Source of the DNA: Tubiluchus corallicola | Taxonomy: Eukaryota > Animalia > Priapulida | NCBI GenBank assembly: GCA_030141605.1 | Contig: JAQGDQ010000005.1 | Span: 1,116,180 to 1,180,179, forward strand | Direction: 5' to 3' | Length of the DNA: 64,000 bases | In this document: one piece after another, positions 15,801 to 26,500 of the stretch | How positions within the stretch are numbered: position 1 is the stretch's first letter | How the letters are laid out: every line of letters begins with the position of its first letter | Made by a program: the position numbers and the translations under genes | Notes under the pieces: generated by a model | What the model was told of the DNA's origin: nothing | Database searches by the model: none | The model's input: only the letters and a program-made list of their open reading frames with translations

Positions 15801-17491
15801 CCTACCTGCAATGTTTGAATAGAGCTCAAGAGAAGAAAACAGTATTAAGTGAATGATTGGGCCAGTTGATGACAGACCATTATTATCTTGGCTGGGTCAT
15901 GGTACTAACTCACTCTGTTAATATTAGGCAAATAGCTGTTCAGACCATCCTAATTTTCTAACGACAATATTTAAACGAATGCTTACTAATGCACATACAA
16001 TACAAAGTAAAACAGTTTTTTTAATTTATGTACACCTATAACGCTTAAGCAGAACACTTAAACCTAGAGCTATTGTAAACATGCATGTAAATAAAGATCT
16101 ATTGGTGACACAAAACGCATTTACTGTCAAGGACGGTGTCAGTTTGGTCCAGGTAGTCAAAAGCACTTTGTCATAATTAAAAAACTACCTACCAATTTAC
16201 TACAAAAATGAACAGATATTTCTGATGTCACATTTAAAACCACACTCGTAGCTGTATAAAACAGCATACATAAACTTATGTACCGCTAAAAGAAATTTTT
16301 AAAACAATCATTTATATAGAATTACTAATTTAAAAACTACTGCCACAGTGCAATTCATGACATCTTAAATGAACCTATTATTAGTTGCCTATAAAAATCA
16401 ATGAGAATCATCTTTAATCATCTATTGCACTACTTGCAGAGATGGGCTATCGATAAATGAGTCACAATTCACATGATATTAAGTCGACTACTTACTTATC
16501 AGTCTTTAAATTAATGAACAAATGAAAATTACCAATATTTATATAGAGATTTATAACTTTTCTGTATTTTATGTTTCTGTTGCTAGTGTAACAATTTTGA
16601 GCTCAAATGGGTGTGAAAATACTTAGCAACCAACAAATAAAACAGAAAATAAATTTAGTACCTTCAGTCTAGCAATGCAAAGCCCAATTTCAACTTGTCA
16701 ATGACTAACATGTTCTGACATAGACCAAGCAGGACACAAACACCCCTTATATCTGCCGCCATAAACATTTGTTACTTTTCGTAACGCCTTTTCTTGCCAA
16801 GATTTTACAGAAAATCAAAAGTAGCAAACATCGTTTGCATCTGTACAAAGTGAAATTTTAATGGCACAATATGACCAATATTGTGGTATTGGCGACCCTA
16901 CTGTTAGCAATAACAATGCAAGCTTTTATCTATGACATGACAAAGTTTACATGTGACAACTAGTAGAATGAAATACTGTGAATCAGAACACACGGTGATT
17001 CATCGACAAAAAGTAAAGACAATTTAGACATCCCAGAATTGCAGCACCAAAAAAGGAACATTTGCTGAAACCTGTAACTAGGTACCTGTGGCAAAAACTT
17101 CTAATGATACAGAGCAGTTGTTCCCAGACTTTGCACAACAGAAGCATTCACAGCAAAGGAATTTTGATGAGAATAAATAAGTAATACTTACACATTATAA
17201 TTATGACAGCTGGATCACTACTGGCTCATATGCAGTGAAGAATTTTGTTCATTTTCAAGAAGGAACAATGGGACAACTATCTGTTACAGTCTGTATGTTA
17301 ACAAATCACTTTAGTTTGTATTCTTATTGAAAATGTTACTCTATTGCCATTAAATGTGCAAATTCTTACATGAGTTTGCTAAGAAAAAATTTCGGAAAAT
17401 AATTCAATAACTGACTGCAGCAATTTACACTCTCCACAAATCTAACGACAACAAAAAACTGAACAATTCAATTAACTAGCGGAAAAATTTG

Positions 17492-18385
17492 TCACACGTC
17501 ATCCACATGACAAGGTTCCTGAGCTGTCATTGTATTCTGATTAGTTTGGTCGTTTTCGTATTCCACGAAATCATCAAATAGACTAGGCCAGGCTTCTGTG
17601 TCATCGTAACTACTCAAGTCATTACCAACAGATTCGGTAAAGTTTAGAAACATAAACCAAGTGTCCTTTGGGATGCCGCGTATATGAGGATGTTTTTCTA
17701 AGAATGAAAGCCATCGTTTCAGTATAGGCGGCTCCTTCTGGGAAAACACTAACCTCCACAAACTTGTTGCAATGTCGGTTGGTAGAATACGTTGACCAAT
17801 GTCCGCATCCAGCCCGAACTTGAACGTCCATCGATACAAGTCCTTGAATTTTTCATGGTCGCGCACTTCTTGCAGAATTTCTGGGAAACTGTCTCTAATT
17901 CCACGCAAATTGTCCACATGTAACTGCTTGCAACCAGTCAAAAACTCAGAACGAGTGAACTTACACATTGTTTCACAATTAAACTTCCATGCTAGTACTA
18001 GCATCTTAAATTCTTCCGGCTGAACATCCAGATCATGGCATAATTTTTCTACACCTTCCGATAAAATGACATCTTCATCTGGGTCTTTATACACATCAAA
18101 AAGAGCTTGAATTTTGGCTTCAGATATTTCTTTGCTTAATGATTTCCGGCTGTCACCACGATGATGTAATGGAGGAATTCTGGGACAAGGAAACAGCCGT
18201 TGCCTGTCTCCAGAAGACTGCATCTTACTCGTCCCATTTGTATATGTTTCTGGAAGAGTAGACTTCATGTCAGCTTGATGTTCAACTAGCACAGTGGAAT
18301 GACCTCCCACCAATGTCTGGCCACCCGCAGAAGTACTACGATCGGACGCTTCTCTCTTAGTGCAGCAAGAGAAGCACTTCCCCAT
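17492..18385 (-). CDS. DCUN1D3: DCN1-like protein 3 (cullin neddylation E3), 297 aa, single coding exon
   Basis: The ATG gives MGKCFSCC (myristoylation Gly2 plus Cys, typical of DCNL3). PONY/cullin-binding domain: GVEKLCHDLDVQPEEFKMLVLAWKF...FKDLYRWTFKFGLD...RGIPKDTWFMFLNF...SYDDTEAWPSLFDDFVEY. The ORF-track TTG start at 18400 is not the likely start. Confidence 0.96.
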   Translation of the reverse strand: MGKCFSCCTKREASDRSTSAGGQTLVGGHSTVLVEHQADMKSTLPETYTNGTSKMQSSGDRQRLFPCPRIPPLHHRGDSRKSLSKEISEAKIQALFDVYKDPDEDVILSEGVEKLCHDLDVQPEEFKMLVLAWKFNCETMCKFTRSEFLTGCKQLHVDNLRGIRDSFPEILQEVRDHEKFKDLYRWTFKFGLDADIGQRILPTDIATSLWRLVFSQKEPPILKRWLSFLEKHPHIRGIPKDTWFMFLNFTESVGNDLSSYDDTEAWPSLFDDFVEYENDQTNQNTMTAQEPCHVDDV

Positions 18386-20605
18386 TGGCACAGAAAACAA
18401 GATTCTAATTCATCTGTTAGGCCCAATCCTTCGCTCACATTGCCACAAACTAAAATAATACAATTGGCAATTAAAGACTAATAACAATTATTACTAAATG
18501 TTGTAACAATTAATCGGTGTAACGCCACACAAGAAAACAATTCTGTTAGTAGACTACTGATAGCCAAAGGCAGCAAAAATTTGAAGCGCAATGCACCCAA
18601 GTGTCCCCCTAGAAAACTATTTGGAAAAAATGAATTAAACTCCTGCTTGCACTACCTTAGCTAACGGTACTCAACATTTTCTAGTCTTTTGTTACAGGTT
18701 TAGATAACTTAATCGACCCACAAAGTAACAATGAAATAAAATAAATAAACAACATTTACAGAAACGAATAAACATTTATACTAGATGCATGAGGTCATAA
18801 AAAGCAAATCTTTGAACGTGAGCATGAAAAATCTGCACAAACGAGGGTTTAGATAGGCTAAGTTGGCAAACAATGTAATCAGGGACACACAGGCTTTATT
18901 TGTATGATTGACTAGGTAATACACTTGCCCTTGCAAATTTATGAGCAGTGGGCTACTACAAAAAGCAAAATCAGTTGTCCTGCTTCTAAATGTTAACAGC
19001 TAATCAGTTGGATAACATATAAAGACAAGCATTTATGCATATTTGGCATTATTTGCAGGGTTTATAACATTTGCTCTTGCTAATGAACAGTCTATTTGGA
19101 CTGCTACATTATTACGAGGAGTGTATTTATTATACACTATACGCCGAAGGTTCTACCTTCAACGCATGCTTAAAATTGGAATCTCGTGAATTAGTGTCGT
19201 TTTTAGTCAGCAGATATTGCCGCATATCTGTAAATGCTAGTCATGAGCTATAGGGACTTAGCAGTGGGTGCCTTTTCTATTATAGAATAAAAGTATAAGA
19301 TGTCAACTTGCATTATTTCAAAAAATACAGAGCACAACAACGGTATAAGGCTGCAATTGATATTAAATGTTACTATAATCAAAGTACGTTACATTAGCTA
19401 CACATTATTTTAAAGATCACAGTTTCAGTCAAACAGCAGATCACTTTAAAGAGAATAATGTGTGATATTATTTACTAAAAGTAATTAAAATTTTGATAGT
19501 CTAGTTATTAAATTCGTTGTAATAAACATGATTTTTCAATAGCTATAAAAGTTTTCTTACCATTAAAATTGTAGATTTCACATATTAACTTTCACTTTGT
19601 TACAGTACTGTTAAGATTTCTATATATAAACATTTTTGAGGTAATCGTTTACAAACATTTTTGAAAAAAGTGCAGTCAAACCTGTTTATACTGTCCTTAT
19701 ACAACACAGACACACAATACATTAGTAATATTTACAAAATTATTCGTAATAGCTACATATTACATATACATTTACATTACACACCAAACACATAACGAGG
19801 TATGTTAAACTTTGCCATAGATCAATCACAGAAGAGTCAGACAATAGTACACAGGTAAAGACCTAAACTTTCATTCTAAAGATTAATAAATTAAAAAAAA
19901 TTATTAAATTAATCATCTTCTGAATTAATGACTCATTCAACGTCAATCATCTTTATCAAGAACATTTTGTTTACATAATAAATGTGCCTTGTATTCAATT
20001 ATAAACATGTAATAGGCTGAAGGCCCACTGTTGCACTAGAACCATGTATATGTAAAAAACAGGCTAACTTAAATTATATCTGCAAACTTCCTGTTGGGAT
20101 TTCCTTAGGATGATTCTTAGAAATCAACGAAAATCACAATTATTATGGCAAAAAAAGATCTATGTGTTTTTTGCCAGTTGCCATTATGACCGTACCTGCT
20201 TGACAATAATATCAAAGCTGTTAATCTTTTACTATTGTGATTTATGTTTTACAGTACAGCTCACAAACAAAGCATGATAACCTGCATTATTTTATACCAC
20301 ACGTGACGTCCAGTCAGTGTAAGTGACACAGCCGAGCATATAGCAGCTTCGAATAGCTGGCATAATATCAAGGTTGCTGGAGCGGCCGACGGTATTGCCC
20401 CACTGAATATGTATATTAATATGCCAGGCAGAAGGCGGGTAACAGGTTTCACGGTATAACAAGGTTTTACTGTAATTATCTATAAACATTTTCAAAGTAA
20501 TTGTCTTGATCTGATTATTTATAAGTGCTTCAACCTCCAACACTGTGTCAATCTGACACATGGAAATTGGCTAGCAGCATAATACGTGATTTGGCATGGG
20601 CACTC

Positions 20606-20789
20606 TAAACAAACATAGCTCTGCCATGGGGAAAACGGTCATGTTAGAAAGGAGTTTTATTAAATGTATAGGTATGCAGTAAACAACTGCCAAAAGTTTC
20701 AGTCATATCAACTCGTATTTTTTAATTTAAGGCACAAAAGGCTATTATAAGGTTACAGTTTTCCCCAAGAGTGCAGCCATGTTTGTTTA
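20606..20789. repeat. Imperfect inverted repeat (arms of about 35 bp), MITE-like
   Basis: Left arm TAAACAAACATAGCTCTGCCATGGGGAAAACGGT. Reverse complement of right arm TAAACAAACATGGCTGCACTCTTGGGGAAAACTGT. Confidence 0.6.
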
Positions 20790-22039
20790 CAGCGTTCACG
20801 CATGCTTTATGCCTTTTATAATTCACTGTATTTATAACTGCACGCATGTCTGGTCAACAGTTGCATCAACTTTTTACAACGAAAATAATGGGTGAGCATG
20901 CACCTACGTAACAAATCGGATCAAGAAAACCGATACTGATTTGTAGAAATGCTTAGTATTTTTTTATCTACTAAAAATCATGTATATTATGTTGGATTCA
21001 ATAATTATAATATAATGAGCTTGGTTCTAATAACAAACTATAATACTGGCCATTATTCTATTTAAAAAATTTACTTGTGGTAAAAATTGTGATTACTAAG
21101 ATAATTACTTATTGTGGAATGTACAAATTCAATTTGATACTTGTAATATTTAATATTAGCTGCAATCCTATCATACTATACAGCCCTATACTTTCAATTA
21201 ATATTGATAATAATAATCTGCCTAAATGTTATTTGAAAGGTCAGAGTACAGACCCAAATAAACCCGTATAGGCCTTCATATTTTTTTACTTAAAAATACC
21301 TGCATATGCACATTTATTTGGAATGTAAGAGTCATGATGAAGAATTCTTTTTCAAATACCTCTAGACAATCTAAACAAAAAATTACTTGACTTAGATCCG
21401 GATACGGACAACCGAATTGATCCGTGTTCGGCGTGAATCCAGTGTAATCCTAAAAAATATAAGCAACAAAAATAAGAAAAGACTTTACAGTAGCTATATG
21501 AGAAAGCACTTCAAAACATCTGCACCAGCTAATAGGGGCTATGCACAATAATTCATTGCACATTTATTTATAAGCTTATGAAAATGGAAACTACTGTAAG
21601 ACATGAAATATGCCACTAGCTGAAGTAGGACACTTCCACTAAAGAACGTGCTAAATTTGCAGAGAAGCAATGTCGTACATGCAGCCAAAGTAGGGCACTG
21701 GCGAATTCTATCGAGAATTGAGGATAATATGACATAATAAAACATAAAACTAAATTTGTTTTAGAAAAAAGTAACTTTATAATAATGAAGGATAGTCCTT
21801 GACAATTTACAAATGTATTTTTTACAATAATATCATCATTATATTAGATCCATTAATATCAACGTAACATCAAACTAACTAATGCTTTAAAGAGAGAAAC
21901 TATGTAGGGCACATAGCTCGCTAGCCCGTTCAGTTAGTAGAAAATAATTATTTGTCCAAGAGGTAGTAAAACTGATCATCTGTCTGTGAAGCAACACAAT
22001 ATAAAAAATGATATACCTTAAGCAAATGTTGGAATCGTC

Positions 22040-22720
22040 TAAAAAGCGAGCTTATTTCACTTCAAAAATATATCAGTCGCTGCCAGTACAGTTAGCGACT
22101 CAATTCGTGACCTGTCTCTAGTGTCCTACTTGGGCAGCCAATATACGACGCGTCCTACTTGAGCTAGCCCATGTATGCCAATTACTTCGGCTAGTGTCCT
22201 ACTCTGCTCCCAACATTACATTAGTAAACGTTGAAGAAAACAAAGTTAGGGCAAAGAACCAAGGCCAATGTAATATAATGTGTCCTATTATAGGACCATA
22301 ATATTTGCTTGAAGCTTAGCTTTCACTATTAAGTATTAAGCCTAGCAGAAGCACAGCAAAGCAGCCAATACTGTTACTGTCGGGTTTATAAATCACAATA
22401 ATACGATTTGTACACAAGTCTTTTCAATCCGCTGCACTTTGCTTAATACGCGTACGCGTTATCTCCAAAAATGCTCGTTTGCGAAAAAATAAAAATAGCT
22501 TTTTTACTTGTAGTTCAGGCAAATATTCTTTTATTTTCCAAGTCAGCTGCATAAAAAGCATTCAGCCATAACAATATCTCGCGAGAACTACTGTCTGTTC
22601 ATAAATTCTTTTCACGTTCACGACGCACGGGTGAACATGTTCAGAAGATCAAAGAAGATGACAAAACCTCGCGGTAAACCATAGATCCGGATGAGCAGCT
22701 CAAAGCTTTCTAAGTAACCA
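22040..22720 (-). promoter_or_regulatory. CpG-enriched candidate promoter / 5' non-coding exon of DCUN1D3
   Basis: Visible local cluster of CpG (ACGCGTACGCGT, TCGCGA, CACGACGCACGG, CTCGCGG) in otherwise CpG-poor DNA. A minus-strand donor-like AAG|GTATAT lies near 22016 and an acceptor TATTATTTTAG near 18450, upstream of the ATG. Inference only. Confidence 0.4.
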
Positions 22721-22814
22721 CATTGCCATTTTTCAGAATTTGGAATACATGGCAAACGAACTGGTAGTTTAAAATAAAATAATAAAGTATCCTAATAATA
22801 TAATTTTAATGTAG

Positions 22815-22820
22815 TTTATT
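22815..22820 (-). terminator. Candidate polyadenylation signal (AATAAA) of TAB1
   Basis: TTTATT on + at 22815-22820, about 770 nt past the TAB1 stop, with T-rich sequence downstream on the minus strand. Confidence 0.4.
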
Positions 22821-23584
22821 GGCGTGCAAAGAACATAACAATACAGTCTCCTCAAATATAACCACATCTGGGGACTGTGGTGAGACGTATGGATAGCCAC
22901 AACAACAAAGTCACAAATTAATATATTAAAATAACAACTAAGACATTAAATAATTACTGAGTACTTTAACATATTATAAAAAAACTTAATGGCAAAAAAT
23001 CAATTCCATTTCCTTAGGTTTTGCATACCCCCTTACCCCCCCCCCAAAAAAAGTTGTTTCCTACATGTAATATTAAAATAAATCATTTAACTTTGTAATT
23101 GTCAATACAACTAGTCAGATTAGGTTAGCTAGACGACTCCATTTTTATCTGCTACTTTGCACTACAGAAGGCATACATAAAATTACGCTTACACGAGATT
23201 TTTCGGAATTGCATATTTTAAGAAAAACATTCCTCCAATGTTCTTGCAAAATGCGTGCCCTTGCAAAAATACTGAAAATAGGCGTACCAGTAAATATTGC
23301 CTAAGCATGCCTAATGATTGTGCAAGCAGCGATGCACAGTCATAAACATTTATGATGGAAAAATGTCAAAGATAATACTTGTCAATATATGCCAAAGATA
23401 ATAAATGTCTCCATAAAAACGTTTCCATTCTCCAAGACTACTTTGCAATTAAGAAGTTATATGCATAAAATTTAGAATATTTAAACAAGCCAATTTACAT
23501 TTTAATTTAAAATACAGCTGCTACAGAGCTTCTTATAACCAAAAGTATTAGCCTTTTTTAAAAGATAAATCATGTTAATGCAAT

Positions 23585-26500
23585 TTACTCAGAACTATTA
23601 CAAGATTGCTGATTTGAATCAGTATCAGTGTGACTTGTTGCTTCAGTACACACTTCTTCAGCAGTTGCATTATTTGCACAATCTTCACCATGTTTCACAG
23701 TTAGAGCATTTAACAGTCTATCAAGTTCATCCTGCTGGCCAACAGCATCAAATTTCTTAAAAAAATCACTGAAGCTGACATAAGGTTTAATACGATTATT
23801 CTCATCTAATGGAAGAATGCTGCTGCTGTGCTCAATTGATTGCAGGCCACCTGTTGATGACTCGGTACTAGCCATTGTACACGATTGATGCATACCTACA
23901 CCGGTATATGGTTCATCATTGTTATACGTGCCCTGTATTTGCGAAGCATTTGTAGGGTACAAGTTGTCATATAAAGTATTTGTTTGGCTTACTGAACTGG
24001 ATAACTGATAATTAATGTTGCGGACGAGTAATGTAATGTCGTCACGCTTAGTACACAAACTGGCACGTTCTGATCCTGTAAACCATGTGTCATGGTGGAT
24101 TCGAAGAATCTTATCAACTACAGCTTGTGCCACTCCCAGTAATGTTGATTGTACGGCAAATTCTCCAGCCACCATTCCAGCTATATCAGCATTGACTCGA
24201 TCAGTGCCTACAATATAAGATTGGGTATAATAGCTAAATGTACAATAAACAACATCATTTAGATTATAAAAGAATTAATTTACTTTAGACAAAACTATTA
24301 TCCAAGCTGTAACAAGCAATGCCCCAAAAAGCATATTTATCAACATTAAGACAGTTGTATAAATGTGCAAATGGTTGTGAATTTGCTAAATTGTGTAGTT
24401 GAGACTTGCCTGTTGCTTCAATGAGTGTTTTACAGTTGTATAAATATGCAAATGGTTGTGAATTTGCTAAATTGTGTAGCTGAAACTTGCCTGTTATTTC
24501 AATGAGTGTGTTTTACAGTTGTATAAATGTGCAAATGGTTGTGAATTTGCCAAATTGTGTAGCTGAAACTTGCCTGTTATTTCAATGAGTGTTTTACAGT
24601 TATATAAATGTGCAAATGGTTGTGAATTTACTAAATTGTGTAGTTGAGACTTGCCTGTTATTTCAATGAGTGTGTTTTACAGTTGTATAAATGTGCAAAT
24701 GGTTGTGAATTTGCTAAATTGTGTAGCTGAAACTTGCCTGTTATTTCAATGAGTGTGTTACAGTTATATAAATGTGCAAATGGTTGTGAATTTGCTAAAT
24801 TGTGTAGATGAAACTTGCCTGTTATTTCAATGAGTGTTTTACAGTTATATAAATGTGCAAATGGTTGTGAATTTACTAAATTGTGTAGTTGAGACTTGCC
24901 TGTTATTTCAATGAGTGTGTTTTACAGTTGTATAAATGTGCAAATGGTTGTGAATTTGCTAAATTGTGTAGCTGAAACTTGCCTGTTATTTCAATGAGTG
25001 TGTTACAGTTATATAAATGTGCAAATGGTTGTGAATTTGCTAAATTGTGTAGATGAAACTTGCCTGTTATTTCAATGAGTGTTTTACAGTTATATAAATG
25101 TGCAAATGGTTGTGAATTTGCTAAATTGTGTAGTTGAGACTTGCCTGTTGCTTCAATGAGTGTTTTACAGTTGTATAAATGTGCAAATGGTTGTGAATTT
25201 GCTAAATTGTGTAGCTGAAACTTGCCTGTTATTTCAATGAGTGTTTTACAGTTGTATAAATGTGCAAATGTTTGTGAATTTGCTAAATTGTGTAGTTGAG
25301 ACTTGCCTGTTGCTTCAATGAGTGTTTTACAGTTGTATAAATGTGCAAATGGTTGTGAATTTGCTAAATTGTGTAGCTGAAACTTGCCTGCTATTTCAAT
25401 GAGTGTGTTTTACAGTTGTATAAATGTGCAAATGGTTGTGAATTTGCTAAATTGTGTAGCTGAAACTTGCCTGTTGCTTCAATGAGGGTATTATACAGAC
25501 CATCAGTCATTAACATTAAGAAACAGCAAGATTCATCCAATGGAATCCCACCATGGATCTCTGGCTCAGCTATCACAGGTTCTTCTCTCGATGCACTGAA
25601 ATGTAAATATAGTTACAGGGACATTAGGTTTACACAGGAACTTTACCTAGCAACACAATAATGTTGAACCTAAGAAGCATAAAGAATTCAGAAAACATAT
25701 TAATTTTTATCGGTTTTCTACCTCTGTCTTAAACTATGGACACAAAGTTATCTTTAAAATTCAAGTTCCTCTACAAACCACTTGAAGGTACTTAAAGGTA
25801 TCAAACACACCCACAAAGAAATGAAAACATTTGTAAAAACTATTTTACCAAGCAAATTTTTTAAACTTACAGTGTACTTATAAATTTCCGACGTATTAGT
25901 CAAAATAAGTATATTATGAATTTATAAGTACACTATAGAGTAAAGTGAAAAAAGTAAAAGGTCATTTTTCGCGGCGCAGAAAGTTTTTATGAGTAATTTT
26001 CGTTATTAATAAAGACATCTTGCACCTCAACGTGTCGACATCCCTGTAACCTGACTTGAGCATATAGTCACCAATGCTACGAGTGTTTTCCTGATTTCCC
26101 ACACGGTGACACTGTAACAGCTTTTCCACATCAACACCAAGTTGTTGTAACCTGAATAATTCATCTTCATTTTTTAGGCCATGATCAACACTGAGCTGGA
26201 CAACTCGAAGCTGACCTGATGAATCCAGTTTGCACAGAAGTGCTCTGCTATCACCTATAATCAAAAATGAAACAGTGACAATTAACAATGCAGTCAAATC
26301 CTGAAGTACAAGACTGCTCAAGACCAAATCTGAATCTTCATCGCTCAAACCTGAATCCTTATTATGATTCCCCAATACTATTAAAAGCCTCTGCTGTGTA
26401 AAAACTATTAAAAGTACTTAAAACACTGATTTTCTGATTCGCACTTTACATTTTATAACATTCAAGGCATTTGATAAATATTGGTGTTTTAAACAACATT

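Noticed and set aside
24351-25486. CRISPR-like regular array
   Set aside because: The units are contiguous near-identical repeats with no unique spacers, no cas genes are present, and the context is a eukaryotic intron.
25962-26375. 137-aa ORF as a standalone gene
   Set aside because: Only 26254-26026 is TAB1 exon 6. The rest is intronic read-through.
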